A DNA stretch of 64,000 bases from Candidatus Bathyarchaeota archaeon (GTDB taxonomy: Archaea > Thermoproteota > Bathyarchaeia > Bathyarchaeales > Bathycorpusculaceae): NCBI GenBank assembly GCA_963707955.1, contig OY970176.1, forward strand, positions 672,001 through 736,000. Reading direction: 5' to 3'. Below, in pieces: positions 9,572 to 20,832 of the stretch; within the stretch, counting starts at the first letter, position 1; every line of letters starts with the position of its first letter. Both the position numbers and the translations under genes were made by a program. Under the pieces are notes generated by a model. That model had not been told where the DNA came from. It saw only the letters and a program-made list of their open reading frames with translations, and made no database searches.

Positions 9572-9874
9572 CTACATCTGCGCAGAATCTTGATCTTGGC
9601 CCGCCTTTTTTGCGTGCCTAGTTTTCGTGCTTTGGTTGGCCAGTTCGAGTTTCTGCGTGTGGTTCAGTCTCTTGATTCTTTTCTCCCTCTTCATGGCCTC
9701 TGCCCTTGAGCTGTGCTTCTCGAAGTAGATGAGCTTTTGTGGCTTATGCATCCTCGTGTACCTGGCACCCTTGCCTTTCATGTGAAGGTTGATTCGCCTG
9801 TTCAGGTTTTTCGTGTAGCCTGTGTAGATGTTGTTGCCTTCGCAGAGAATGACGTAAACGTAAAAAGGCCTCAT
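9572..9874 (-). CDS. GIY-YIG nuclease family protein (UPF0213-like)
   Basis: YVYVI..IYTGYT.NL.RR..H..GKGARYT; A.KRE..IK. Confidence 0.9.
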   Translation of the reverse strand: MRPFYVYVILCEGNNIYTGYTKNLNRRINLHMKGKGARYTRMHKPQKLIYFEKHSSRAEAMKREKRIKRLNHTQKLELANQSTKTRHAKKAGQDQDSAQM

Positions 9875-10003
9875 ACTTGATCGTTGCTTTTCAGCAGGGC
9901 AGTTTTCCTTTTCAGTTAAGATATGATTTGCTTCCTGATCAAGGATAAAAACTTATAAGAAAATCTTGATGATAGGCTGTAAAATCGGTCTAACTGCTTT
10001 AGG

Positions 10004-10204
10004 ATGGTTCATGTGACGAAGCTGAACAAGGTAGATGAGCTTGTGGTTTCGACGTTGAAAGACGCTGGCAAGGGTTTAACGCTTGCGGAGATCGCTGAGA
10101 AAACTGGCGAGTCTCCGAAGAAGGTCTACAAGTCTCTGCGGAAGCTTTTTGAGAACGAGATGGTCGACTGTTTGAACCGCCAGTACAGACTCTTAAAGAC
10201 GTAG
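10004..10204 (+). CDS. Small winged-helix DNA-binding protein
   Basis: LTLAEIAEKTGESPKKVYKSLRKLFENEMV. Confidence 0.75.
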   Translation: MVHVTKLNKVDELVVSTLKDAGKGLTLAEIAEKTGESPKKVYKSLRKLFENEMVDCLNRQYRLLKT

Positions 10205-10221
10205 ACCGCGGGTTTCGTTGA

Positions 10222-10389
10222 CTATTTTTCTTCTTTCTTTTTCTCGGTGACGGCTTCTTTTGCCCCTTTTCCGAACGCTTTAACAACGCCGAATCCTTTC
10301 TTAATCCCTTTTCCGACGGTTTCGCCTGCTTTGCCGGCTGCTTCTTCGGCTTTTCCCTTCTTCTCTTCCTCTTTGGTTATGATGTCCAC
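10222..10389 (-). CDS. Small Lys/Glu/Gly/Ala-rich amphipathic (LEA/hydrophilin-like) protein, ~55 aa (not in ORF track)
   Basis: ...KGKAEEAAGKAGETVGKGIKKGFGVVKAFGKGAKEAVTEKKKEEK*; start uncertain. Confidence 0.6.
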   Translation of the reverse strand: MDIITKEEEKKGKAEEAAGKAGETVGKGIKKGFGVVKAFGKGAKEAVTEKKKEEK

Positions 10390-10790
10390 TTCTTGTAACA
10401 CCTTTTAATGGTTGGGGCTCAATTTTAATGTTTTTGGAGATCGTCTCCAGCTTGCTTAAGTAGTGTGGACGTTACTTGAGAGGTTACAATATTCCCTGTT
10501 TCGTGTTTCTCCTAGTCTAACAGGCTTACCTCCCCGGGTTTTTCGCGGCAGGTGCCGTTAGCGAGTCTTTGGCGGATAATGCTGAGGTGTTGCCGCTGGT
10601 TGGCACGCCGTTTCCAACATATAGTTAAGAGCGAGTTGATGCATCTGCGTCCAGTCAAAACATTTTCCTGGCGAAAGTTGTTTCACGGAGACTCCTGGTG
10701 GGGTGTTTGCGGAGTGAAGTTGGATTTCATGTCCAAGGAGAATTTTTAAAGCTTAATGATGCATAGAACTCGTTTGCAAGAGGGACAAAT

Positions 10791-11597
10791 GTGTCTTCTT
10801 CTCATGAAAATTCGGTGAAGAAGTATTATGATGATAAAGGTTCGACGTATGATGATTATTCCAAACAGTTGTGGAGCAGAGTGTATGATGCCGTAACGTG
10901 GAAGATTACAGAACCTTATGTTCCTAAGAATTCTGGAGCTCTTGTCTTTGATGCCGCCGGTGGAACTGGAAAATGGACTATTCCTATCGCAAAGTGCGGT
11001 CCAAGAGTGGTCTTAGGAGACATTTCTCGAGGGATGCTGAAGGTTGCGGAAGAGAAGATAGTCCAGCAGGGGCTGCAAGACCGAGTGCAAGTCAAAGAAT
11101 GCGATGTGCGTAAACTCGATTTTAGAGACGAGACGTTTGACCTCGTGTTCTGTGAACACGCTCTTTGTTTCATCAAGGAACAGGAAACTGTCATAAAGGA
11201 ACTGGTTAGAGTTCTGAAGAAAGGTCATCCCTTAATCTTGACCGGTCAGAACTGCTACGTGTTGGCGCTTTCATTAGTCTCGGAAGACGCTGATTATGCA
11301 TCCAAGGTGTTGTCAAAGGAAACCCCGTTTATCATGCGTAACAGTCTGGAAGTCTATGCCCTGTCACCTCAGGAGTTCATGCAGATGCTGGAGAACAACG
11401 GGTTGAGAGTAGACAGGATCGTGGGAAAACTCTTCACTATGCCCCTCGGTTTTTCCTGGGAGAGGTTGACAAGTGAAGAATTCACTGAGGAGCTCTTCGA
11501 CAAAATAGTGCGCGTTGAACTTGAGTTAGCTAACAGACCAGACACAGTCTGTCTCGGCTCACATTTTCAAGCAATAGGACACAAAAACCGTTCTTAG
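10791..11597 (+). CDS. Class I SAM-dependent methyltransferase
   Basis: VFDAAGGTG, GDIS.GML, FDLV, ELVRVLKKG. Confidence 0.9.
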   Translation: MSSSHENSVKKYYDDKGSTYDDYSKQLWSRVYDAVTWKITEPYVPKNSGALVFDAAGGTGKWTIPIAKCGPRVVLGDISRGMLKVAEEKIVQQGLQDRVQVKECDVRKLDFRDETFDLVFCEHALCFIKEQETVIKELVRVLKKGHPLILTGQNCYVLALSLVSEDADYASKVLSKETPFIMRNSLEVYALSPQEFMQMLENNGLRVDRIVGKLFTMPLGFSWERLTSEEFTEELFDKIVRVELELANRPDTVCLGSHFQAIGHKNRS

Positions 11598-11657
11598 TCA
11601 TACGTAAAATCCCCTTTGGGACGCTGAGCGCGCGCGCAAATGTAGGCTGCGAAGCGA

Positions 11658-11861
11658 ATGGTGACAGACAGCATGTCATCGATCACTATTTTGGTGCCGC
11701 CGCCTACTTTAGCTATTCTGGCGATCTTGACCTGTCTTCCAATAGTGCTTATTGAATTCAATGCTTTCAATTTCATTGCTGTAGCCGTTGGCATTATGAT
11801 TATGGGGTTATGTTTTTGGAGGCTGGCACTGAAGATTAAGCAATACGTATGTCGAGACTGA
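11658..11861 (+). CDS. Possible small two-TM membrane protein
   Basis: Two hydrophobic stretches; no recognisable family. Confidence 0.35.
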   Translation: MVTDSMSSITILVPPPTLAILAILTCLPIVLIEFNAFNFIAVAVGIMIMGLCFWRLALKIKQYVCRD

Positions 11862-11945
11862 TAGCGTGGCCATTGTTTTTCAAAAAAAGAATAGCCAGTG
11901 TGTGGGGTAAAGTTTTTTCCCGACGCAACAACGCGAATGCGAGGC

Positions 11946-12284
11946 TTAGATCAATCGGACTTCCGCGCTTGTCGGCAGATTAGTTTGTTTTCGTTTCTTT
12001 GCGGCTTGCCAAAGGTTTTGAATGGTGTTCTGAAAGATCTCCCTTTCCTTGGTAAGGATTTCGACAGAATCTACGAGTTCCTCCTTTTGAACACGCAACT
12101 TTTTCGTTTCTTCTCGAAGCTGCCAGATTCTTCGTTTGGACGCTTTCGTCTCCTTTCTTAACTCTGCAACCTCTCTTCGAAGCGTCTCCACCTGGCCAGT
12201 CAAGACATTCATGTACGCCTTTAACTCATCGTTCTGCTTCTGCAACTCTTCGTATTTGGACTTCCGAGCTAGACCGAAGACCAA
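11946..12284 (-). CDS. Coiled-coil protein
   Basis: Heptad pattern (YEELQKQNDELKAYMNVLTGQVETLRREVAELRKE); start reassigned to TTG 12284. Confidence 0.65.
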   Translation of the reverse strand: MVFGLARKSKYEELQKQNDELKAYMNVLTGQVETLRREVAELRKETKASKRRIWQLREETKKLRVQKEELVDSVEILTKEREIFQNTIQNLWQAAKKRKQTNLPTSAEVRLI

Positions 12285-12516
12285 AGCAGGTTCCCCCGAC
12301 ACGTAAGCATTGCAGCAAAAGATATAAAAATAGCGGGAGGGGGCTTTTGAGCAGAGTTTTATCTCAAACACGCACTTCTTTCTTTCCTTCTCACATTGTC
12401 TCTTTCTCTTTCCTTCTTTTCCTTACTACATACAAATAAACAAAAACAAAAAAGCGCGTGCAGAAAGTTTTAATCTCAAAAACTTTTTAGCTGTGAACGA
12501 TGCCCTGGGTTTTTGT

Positions 12517-13305
12517 ATGCCTGTGCGGGGATGTGAAACAACGAGAGGAAAACCAGCGTTTGGACTGCTTGTGCTATTTACAGTACTGATAATCTCTGCC
12601 GGAGCAGCTTCAATCCGAGCGCAGGGGGTGACGGCGGGTGTTCAAGCCGGAAACTACTTCACGTACAAGGTTAACTATGCATCAAGCAGTAGCACCCTGT
12701 ATGGTGTCGATAATTTCACGGAAACCGTAACCCAAGTAAACGAGACACTAGGTTATCATGTCGTCTGGTACAGTGAACTTTTACACTTCAGCAACGGAGC
12801 CAAGGAAACAAATTCAGGCAGCGTGATCCTAGAAAACGGGGGTAATATGGAAAGCAGTGATACGGCCCAAGAAGGCCTGTTCTTCAGTGCCAACCTGCAA
12901 GTCGGCGACCCAATCACCCCGGTCTCGACATTCGGCGTAAATGAAACGATATCTGTAAACGGAAGGCCGACGAATCATGCGAGCGGAGACTTGAACTATT
13001 CCGTCTCCAATACAATAATAACTGATACATATGAGTACTACATTGATCAAGTCACTGGAGCGGTAGTCAACGAAACGGGGAGCGCCGCAGTCACTGGACA
13101 ACCGACGACGTCTTACAGCTTCAGCCTGATAGCGACGAACGTGTGGAACGTCGTACCTGAATTTTCCCCGATAGCTTTGACGCTCACTATGCTACTGCTA
13201 ACCGCAAGCGCCGCAATAATTGTCTCCCGCAGAAAGGCAAAACAACCCTTCTGCAACCCGACAACATCCAAAGAAACGAAACGCGCGCGTCTCATTGCTA
13301 CCTAG
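12517..13305 (+). CDS. Secreted Thr/Ser/Asn-rich surface protein with PEF-CTERM sorting signal
   Basis: Signal peptide, several N-x-S/T sequons, C-terminal VPEF + TM helix + RRK. Confidence 0.8.
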   Translation: MPVRGCETTRGKPAFGLLVLFTVLIISAGAASIRAQGVTAGVQAGNYFTYKVNYASSSSTLYGVDNFTETVTQVNETLGYHVVWYSELLHFSNGAKETNSGSVILENGGNMESSDTAQEGLFFSANLQVGDPITPVSTFGVNETISVNGRPTNHASGDLNYSVSNTIITDTYEYYIDQVTGAVVNETGSAAVTGQPTTSYSFSLIATNVWNVVPEFSPIALTLTMLLLTASAAIIVSRRKAKQPFCNPTTSKETKRARLIAT

Positions 13306-13420
13306 TATCATCAGTAATTGTCTCTCAGACAATAACCTTTTCTCAGTAGCTGTTGCCGTGCCGATTTAAGTGTGTGTTTGAGGGCAAAGTTTTATAGTTC
13401 TGAAATGGTTGAGTCCTCTT

Positions 13421-13737
13421 GCGGTGGGTCTTAGGCGGGGGGCTAGGGGTCCCCTGTACCGTAAACCCTCTATAGGACGGGCCGAAAGCTGGGGCTGAGG
13501 CGTTTAAGGCTGCTGAGGCCTTCATTTCCGAAGCGAAGACTATCCGTCCCTTGGGGCTGGCGGTCATTAGGCGGGTTCCCGTAGGGGAGCTGTCTTTAGT
13601 GTTGACCAGGCGAACTTGGCCAGGACCGGGAGGGAGCAACCTAAGTCTGGGCGTTCAGCGCTCAGGGGGGTGCGGGTACGAGTGTAGGGTCTGAGGGTTC
13701 AGCGGAGTCTGAGCGTCGATCTCCTGTGGCCCACCGC
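13421..13737 (+). ncRNA. ffs: Archaeal signal recognition particle (7S) RNA
   Basis: Paired ends GCGGTGGG/CCCACCGC, Alu-domain GGGGGGCTAGGGGTCCCCTGTA, helix 6 CCC-GTAG-GGG, helix 8 CAGGACC-GGGA-GGGAGCA, upstream TTTATA, downstream T-run. Confidence 0.93.
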
Positions 13738-13850
13738 TCTTTTCTGTGAAACGATTCCGAATCCGTAATCAATCAAACTCGTTTCCATCGGCATCTAGAA
13801 AATGATAAATGCCGTGAAGGTTTATTCTGGTGTTAACAGGAAGCTTAGGC

Positions 13851-14888
13851 ATGCCTTTCAACGAGGTTCGCAAGGATTATCTGCTTGACCGCTGGGTTGT
13901 TATCGCCACTGGACGCGGCCGCAGGCCGACCGACTTTGTAAAGCAGCAAACACGGCCAGCCAAGGTCGGTGTTTGCCCGATGTGCCCGGGCAACGAGCAC
14001 ATGACTCCACCAGCCTTTCTGGTTTACCTCAGGTCAGGCAGTGGTATAAAGAAGACTGAGGACAGAGATGACCAGAAACACAAGAACTGGCTGATCCGCG
14101 TGATCCCAAACCTTTATCCCGCTTTTTCCCCTCCGCAGGGCAAAGTCGACTCAACGCTGATCAGCAAGAGTCAAAATCTAACCATGGCTGTAGGACATCA
14201 CGAAGTCCTCGTTGAATCGCCAATTCACGATGAACACCCAGCGAACGCAAGAATCACACAACTAGCACTAGTCATCAACGGCTATGTTGACAGGCTGTGT
14301 CAGCTCTCGTCGAAACCTTATATTCAGTATGTTTCAATCTTTCGCAACCACGGGCTAGAAGCGGGAGCCTCTCTCTCGCACGCTCACAGTCAGATAATTG
14401 CAACTCCATTTGTGCCAACGATCGTCAAAGAGGAGATTAAAGCGGCAAAGAAATTCTGGAAGGAAAACAGGAAATGTGTCTTCTGCGACATAATTGAGAA
14501 AGAAAGCAAAGGGCCAAGACTCGTCTTGGAGAACGCAAAGTTTGCGGTTTTCACGCCTTATGCGAGTATAAATCCTATGGAGTTCTGGATGTTTCCGAAA
14601 AACCACCAAGGCTCGCTGCTCGAGATGCAAAAAGGCGAAGTGAAAACGTTAGCAGAGACATTAAAAGAGTGCCTTGGCAGGCTGAAATGCCTAGTGAACG
14701 ATCCTCCGTACAATTTTGGTTTCCACCAGACCACGAGCAAGGAAGCGTCTGGCTACTATCATTGGCATTTGGAGGTCTACCCCAAGCTGGCAACATGGGC
14801 TGGATTCGAAAAAAGCACAGGTGTGTACATAAACACTATGACTCCCGAAACAGCCGCAGAAAGCATGAGAGAAGCCTCTTCACATTGA
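13851..14888 (+). CDS. galT: Galactose-1-phosphate uridylyltransferase family protein
   Basis: R..RP, CPMCPGNE, N.YP, GASLSHAHSQ (HxHxQ). Confidence 0.9.
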   Translation: MPFNEVRKDYLLDRWVVIATGRGRRPTDFVKQQTRPAKVGVCPMCPGNEHMTPPAFLVYLRSGSGIKKTEDRDDQKHKNWLIRVIPNLYPAFSPPQGKVDSTLISKSQNLTMAVGHHEVLVESPIHDEHPANARITQLALVINGYVDRLCQLSSKPYIQYVSIFRNHGLEAGASLSHAHSQIIATPFVPTIVKEEIKAAKKFWKENRKCVFCDIIEKESKGPRLVLENAKFAVFTPYASINPMEFWMFPKNHQGSLLEMQKGEVKTLAETLKECLGRLKCLVNDPPYNFGFHQTTSKEASGYYHWHLEVYPKLATWAGFEKSTGVYINTMTPETAAESMREASSH

Positions 14889-16961
14889 ACTCTGCAAGAC
14901 CTTCTTCTCGTATTTCGGCCTGACTTGCAGGAAATCTTCTGCATAAGCTCTGAGAGGTTCTGCCACGCTCCACGCTTGAGCGATGCATCCTCTAGGCGTG
15001 TACGGCGGTTCGCCATCAAAGATTTCTCCGAGGGTTCCAAGCCCTGCCTCAAAAACCTTCTGTGTAAACAACGGTTTCAGAAAGTTTTGAAACGCGTATT
15101 CGCGCTGCAATTCTGCATATCCGTTAACCTTAAGAAAAGCTGTCGTTAGCGGGCCCAGCAGCCAGGGCCAAACCGTGCCGTTGTGGTATGCTCTGTCTCT
15201 GCTTGCTCTGTCACCCGAATAGACTCCAACGTAGCGCGGGTCATTCCTTGCAAGAGTTCTCAAACCGCAGGGAGTTAGAAGCTCATTGTGAACAACGTCA
15301 ACGACTCTATGATCCTTAGCATCGTCGAGCATCGTGAAATCCAATGCGACCGCAATGATCTGGTTGGGCCTCAGAGAAGCGTCTATTTCATGCTCATCAA
15401 CCACATCGTACAAGCAGCCTCTTTCCAAATTCCAGAATTTGCTAACGAAACTTTTCTGGGCCGCTTCAGCCATTTGCCCGTATTCTTCAGCTCTGCTGCT
15501 CTCCCCGAACCTGGTTGCCAGCGCCTCCATGGTCTTCAGGGAATTAAACCACAAGGCTTGCACCTCAACAGCCTTTCCAGGCCTAGGCGTCACTGGCTTA
15601 TCATTAACTGCCGCGTCCATCCAAGTCAACTGTGGACCATGGCAGAGCAAGCCATCAGCATCCACGTGAATGCCGAAGAGAGTTCCTTCAACGTGGTTTT
15701 CGATGAAGGCTTTCAGATCTTGCCAGAGGTGTTGTTTAACAAATCCAAAATCGCCGGTGTACTTAACATATTGCAACACTGCGTTTATGTACCAAAGTGT
15801 AGCGTCAACCGTGTTGTAAGCTGGCGGTCCAACACCGTCTGGAAGAAAGTTCGGAATAAGCCCCCTATCGTAGTATTTTGCAAACTGAAGGAAAACTGCT
15901 CTCGCTTCTTCAAACCTTCCGGTCACAAGCATCAATCCGGGCAGGGAAACAAACGTGTCCCTCCCCCATGCACTGAACCAATGATAGCCCGCGATCACGG
16001 ACCTCTGCGTATCGTCCATACCTTTCGTTATGAATGCCCCAGTCGCTAGGACAAGCCAGTCTAGCCAATTGCTTGCAGGGCTGTTTTCATGGGAACCGTA
16101 GAATCCTGTTATTGCATCCTCACATCTTCCCGTTTCTTTTTCGAACAAGACCCTGAGGTCACTAACGGTCAAAGGGATTTCTTTCAAAACTTTTCCTGCC
16201 CGATCTTCATCTTCTTCTGCTACCGCAACTATTGCAAAGTCCTTGGTCTTGCCCGTGCTTACGCTTGTTTCGAAGTATCCAGGTTGGAAACAGTCGTCGA
16301 AGCAACTTTCTCCACGACTTGCTTCTTCACGAAAGTACAGTCTTTCAACCCATTTGCCTGCATCAAAGTACCCTCCGTCTGTAGCCCTCAGTAGAAGGGT
16401 CGCCTTAGGATTCTTGAAACTCAATTTGACCACGTTGCCTTCCTGCTTTTGGCTGAAATCGGAGGCCTTCGATCTATCAGTGACCGAGTGAAAATGTCTC
16501 CAGTTAACCAATGACGACACGCGCATTTTGGCTTCAAGACTACCCTTGTTTGAAACACTGTAAATTGCTATTACACAGTTCTTTTCGTATGGCATGCGAA
16601 TTGCTTTTTGAACGATCACGTTGTTTGCAACGTAAACATATTTTGGGAATGGCGAAATAGAAAATTCTTTCAGAAAATCAAATCCTCGAGGCAGAATTCC
16701 ACTCTGAAATTCGTTTGCACCAAGCTGGTAGGCATCGTCTCCCAAAACTATTTCCTCATCCAGCTTTGACAAGAACACTCTTCGGTCTTTCGGCGGGTGC
16801 ACAGTTCCTATCAGCAATCCATGGTATTTCCTCGTGTTTATGCCTAGGACAGTGGAAGACGCGTAGCCGCCTAAACCGTTTGTTATGAGCCACTCTTTCC
16901 GAATCGAGTTCTCAAAGTTGGAAAGACCTGCTCGGTCAAAGCTTATAGATGGCAGTCTCAT
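14880..16961 (-). CDS. Glycogen debranching enzyme, archaeal type (amylo-alpha-1,6-glucosidase)
   Basis: EWLITNGLGGYASST, AGYHWF..WGRDT, TWMDA, LRPNQ, YHNGTVWPW, QAWS. Confidence 0.92.
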   Translation of the reverse strand: MRLPSISFDRAGLSNFENSIRKEWLITNGLGGYASSTVLGINTRKYHGLLIGTVHPPKDRRVFLSKLDEEIVLGDDAYQLGANEFQSGILPRGFDFLKEFSISPFPKYVYVANNVIVQKAIRMPYEKNCVIAIYSVSNKGSLEAKMRVSSLVNWRHFHSVTDRSKASDFSQKQEGNVVKLSFKNPKATLLLRATDGGYFDAGKWVERLYFREEASRGESCFDDCFQPGYFETSVSTGKTKDFAIVAVAEEDEDRAGKVLKEIPLTVSDLRVLFEKETGRCEDAITGFYGSHENSPASNWLDWLVLATGAFITKGMDDTQRSVIAGYHWFSAWGRDTFVSLPGLMLVTGRFEEARAVFLQFAKYYDRGLIPNFLPDGVGPPAYNTVDATLWYINAVLQYVKYTGDFGFVKQHLWQDLKAFIENHVEGTLFGIHVDADGLLCHGPQLTWMDAAVNDKPVTPRPGKAVEVQALWFNSLKTMEALATRFGESSRAEEYGQMAEAAQKSFVSKFWNLERGCLYDVVDEHEIDASLRPNQIIAVALDFTMLDDAKDHRVVDVVHNELLTPCGLRTLARNDPRYVGVYSGDRASRDRAYHNGTVWPWLLGPLTTAFLKVNGYAELQREYAFQNFLKPLFTQKVFEAGLGTLGEIFDGEPPYTPRGCIAQAWSVAEPLRAYAEDFLQVRPKYEKKVLQSSM

Positions 16962-17843
16962 CTAGGGCATCAGCTTGGCGACGTTCTTTTCTCTTGCCAC
17001 ACCGAAGAAGTCTGCCACTGGAGTGCATTTAGCTCTGAAAAGCAAAAAGTGCGGTTTCTCGAGTTTGCATTCAGTCAAGGTTTCAGCGTAACCCATACCT
17101 TTGGCAAAGACGATGTCAACTGAATCGTACGCGCTGATAAACTCTGCCGAAACCTCTTTTAGTGCTAGTCCCACAGAATCTGTTCCCGTAGTAATCACCC
17201 TGTCAGCGACCTTGCTCATTCCAGAAGCCTCAGCATCTTCCAGAGTCGCATCGTTGATAACCGGCACACCTTTGACAGCGATTGTCACTGTTAAACCCAT
17301 GTTTTTCAATTGTTCAACAAGCAGCGTGTCAAAGACGATTTCGCCAGCGTTGTCCGTCAAGTAGAGAACCGTACGAGCCTTCTTTGCCAGCTCGTAAGCG
17401 TTGTTGATGTCGTCGACAGCCAGGTCTTTTGACGCCTCTCTGAAATTCTTCTTCAGACTGCTGAACAAGGCCTTGTGGCCTGGAATGTCGAATTCAATGA
17501 TGTTGCCAACGATGGCACAGAGGCAGGCTCTCTTAAACCGATCCTCCTGCGCGTAGCCCTCTTCGACCAGTTTTCTCGCGTAGGACAAGAGTTTCAGAGC
17601 CTTCTCATTGCTTATCCTCTTGCTTCTCTTGTACGGATCATTGTTGCCAGTGACCCTTCTTATCACCCGGTCTCTTTTTGTGCCCAATTCTGCCGGAACC
17701 GCCGTCGGTCTAAACTCTTTTGTCAACAATCGCATCAGGTCGCTCATCGCTCTGAAACGCAACGCGGGGTTCGTTGTGGCCTCCTTAGCCTCTGCTGCGC
17801 CCCTGCTAACGATGCACGCTGCACATTCAGCTTCGACTTTCAA
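16962..17843 (-). CDS. ARMT1-like/DUF89 damage-control phosphatase
   Basis: CxxC, GN.I.F, DNAGEIVFD, NDAT, KGMG..E. Confidence 0.88.
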   Translation of the reverse strand: MKVEAECAACIVSRGAAEAKEATTNPALRFRAMSDLMRLLTKEFRPTAVPAELGTKRDRVIRRVTGNNDPYKRSKRISNEKALKLLSYARKLVEEGYAQEDRFKRACLCAIVGNIIEFDIPGHKALFSSLKKNFREASKDLAVDDINNAYELAKKARTVLYLTDNAGEIVFDTLLVEQLKNMGLTVTIAVKGVPVINDATLEDAEASGMSKVADRVITTGTDSVGLALKEVSAEFISAYDSVDIVFAKGMGYAETLTECKLEKPHFLLFRAKCTPVADFFGVAREKNVAKLMP

Positions 17844-17859
17844 ATGTTCTCAGACTCAC

Positions 17860-18582
<723 letters not shown>

Positions 18583-18623
18583 TTAATATCGTTTTGGAAT
18601 AGAAAAAGGGTTTGTGGATCTTG

Positions 18624-19220
18624 TTATGTCAGCGCAGTGTGTGAACTTCTGCTCTTTTTCGATGGCCGCTCATCTGTTCCTCTAACGAAGACCGCTGCTG
18701 CGATGGCCGTCGTCCATAAGCCGCCTTTGTCTCCGGTTGCAGACTGTGTCACGTTTGCCGTCTTGATAATCATGCCGCTGGTTTTGAAAAGCTGTTCTTT
18801 TTCGTGCCAATCGGTTTCTGGGTCAAACTGGATTCCCATGGTCGTGGCAAGCATCGTTGCAGCAAGGTCTTCTGAGTAGTCTCCAGCCTTATCGTCAGGC
18901 TGCCCGAAAGAGTGGTGTTCTGAAAGGTAACCGTAGTTGTGCTTGCCCGATGGAATGGCGACGCCTATGGATGATGCGATCAACCTGTGCGGTTCATTCG
19001 TCGAGTTTCTGGCAAGGACAACGAAAGTTATCTCTCCAGGCCTTATCATCTCCAACCCCCGCTCTCTTGAAATCATCTTGCAGCCTGGCGGTATGATGCT
19101 TGAGACACTGACTATGTTGCAATGCTGTATCCCTGCGTCCCTCAGGGCCAACTCAAAAGACTGCAGTTGTTCCTTGTGTGCTCCATTGCCCTTTGTTAGG
19201 AAGAAATATCTCGGGATCAT
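18624..19220 (-). CDS. pdaD: Pyruvoyl-dependent arginine decarboxylase
   Basis: [27 protein letters not shown]; start reassigned to ATG 19220. Confidence 0.9.
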   Translation of the reverse strand: MIPRYFFLTKGNGAHKEQLQSFELALRDAGIQHCNIVSVSSIIPPGCKMISRERGLEMIRPGEITFVVLARNSTNEPHRLIASSIGVAIPSGKHNYGYLSEHHSFGQPDDKAGDYSEDLAATMLATTMGIQFDPETDWHEKEQLFKTSGMIIKTANVTQSATGDKGGLWTTAIAAAVFVRGTDERPSKKSRSSHTALT

Positions 19221-19336
19221 TTTGCGAATAGATTGACATGTCCGCTTATTAGTCTTTTGTTTTTCCAGGAACACTTTCGTTTTGTTAGGGAAAAGGATAA
19301 CAGAGCTTTGCACGTAGTAGTTTTGAGGAAGACTAT

Positions 19337-20527
19337 TTGTCGCAGGGTCGAAGCGTGTTTAGGGACGAAACAAAACTCGACATCAACTACGTTCCCCGAA
19401 GGCTCCCTCACAGGGAACATGAACTAGGTCTGCTTAGAGAATTCCTTGGTTTTGCCCTGCAGTCTCCAGGAAGAATGGCCCAGAGAGTTATGATAACTGG
19501 AGACGTGGGAACCGGCAAGACGGCGCTTTCCCAGCGCTTCGGAGCTGACATCGGTCACGAAGCCAGCACGCGTGGAATAAACCTGCGTTACGTTCACGTT
19601 AATTGCCGAGAGTATAGTGGAAGCCTTTTTCTCATCCTTCAGCACGTAGTCTCGGTTTTTCATCCAAACTTTCCCAAGCGTGGCTACTCGGCCGAAGAAC
19701 TCCTGCGCACGCTTATGCAGATTCTGGACGAAGAAAATGCTTACATAATCCTGAGCTTAGACGAGTTTGAAAGCCTCGTTGAAAGAGAAGGCTCTGAAGC
19801 TGTATACAAGCTTACGCGACTCCAGGAGACGAGGCAAAACAAGCCTCAACGGCTGTCGCTCGTGTGCATCCTGCGAAATTTGGACGCAGTCAAACAGCTA
19901 GATGCCAGCACAAGAAGCACCCTGCAGTCCAACATCATAAGCCTTGACAGATACGCAAAACAGCAACTCGTCGACATTCTGAATGCCAGGGTTTCCCTTG
20001 CCTTCGAGCCCTTAGCCGTGCCTGAAGGAACCGTGGCGCTTATTGCAGAGCTTGCTTTTTCCGAAAGTGGGAATGCCCGTTTTGGAATTGAGCTGCTCTG
20101 GCGCGCTGGAAAATATGCAGACGCTGAGGACTTTGACACTGTAACACCAGAATGCGTGCGAGAAGCCGTTTCAAGCATATTCCCAGCTATGCGGAGAGGC
20201 GACCTTGCCACTCTCGGCCTGCATGAGAAACTTTTCCTGTTGGCTATAGCCAGAATCTTCAAGGAAAACCAAGTGGCCAGCGTCTCGCTGTCTGAAGCGG
20301 AGCAAACGTATACCGTTGTATGTGAAGAATTTGATGCGTCGCCAATTAGCCACACGCAGTTGTGGAAATACCTTAAGGACTTTTCAAACCTCGGCATAGT
20401 TGAAACACAGGTCTCCGGGACCGGCGGTCGCGGCAGGTCAACAACCATTTCTTTGCCCAGAATCCCTGCGCACGAACTGGAGAAAGAGTTGAGAAGCTTG
20501 TTCGAAAAGAGGCTTGAGAAGTCATGA
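19337..20527 (+). CDS. cdc6: Cdc6/Orc1-type replication initiator
   Basis: YVP..LPHRE, Walker [12 protein letters not shown], Walker B LDEFE, GNAR, C-terminal wHTH with G.RG. Confidence 0.93.
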   Translation: MSQGRSVFRDETKLDINYVPRRLPHREHELGLLREFLGFALQSPGRMAQRVMITGDVGTGKTALSQRFGADIGHEASTRGINLRYVHVNCREYSGSLFLILQHVVSVFHPNFPKRGYSAEELLRTLMQILDEENAYIILSLDEFESLVEREGSEAVYKLTRLQETRQNKPQRLSLVCILRNLDAVKQLDASTRSTLQSNIISLDRYAKQQLVDILNARVSLAFEPLAVPEGTVALIAELAFSESGNARFGIELLWRAGKYADAEDFDTVTPECVREAVSSIFPAMRRGDLATLGLHEKLFLLAIARIFKENQVASVSLSEAEQTYTVVCEEFDASPISHTQLWKYLKDFSNLGIVETQVSGTGGRGRSTTISLPRIPAHELEKELRSLFEKRLEKS

Positions 20528-20796
20528 ACGTAGAAGACGTTTTCTCTTCAAGGCTTCGCATGAAGATCTTAAAGATCCTGTTCAACGTCGGCGAGCTTAA
20601 CGTTTCCGAAATTGCTCGCAGGCTAAGAATCAACTACATTTCGGCAAGCAAACACTTGAAGATCTTGGAAGACGAAGGCATCTTGCAACGCAAGATGTTC
20701 GGCAGAATCCGCCTTTACAGAGTCAACGAGCAATCACCCAAGACTAAAGCGTTGCAAAACCTCATTGACGCTTGGGAACACCAAAACGAAAAATAG
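20524..20796 (+). CDS. ArsR-like winged-helix protein
   Basis: RMKILKIL..GELNVSEIARRL...SKHLKILEDEGIL; ATGA overlap with cdc6. Confidence 0.85.
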   Translation: MNVEDVFSSRLRMKILKILFNVGELNVSEIARRLRINYISASKHLKILEDEGILQRKMFGRIRLYRVNEQSPKTKALQNLIDAWEHQNEK

Positions 20797-20832
20797 ACCT
20801 CCAAACAGAACACAATATGGAGACAGTCTAGA

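Noticed and set aside
12374-12452. Pyrimidine-rich tract followed by A-rich tract (possible triplex DNA)
   Set aside because: Imperfect mirror symmetry; indistinguishable from low-complexity intergenic sequence
19221-19336. Replication origin next to cdc6
   Set aside because: Only ~115 bp intergenic; no convincing repeated ORB boxes or AT-rich unwinding element
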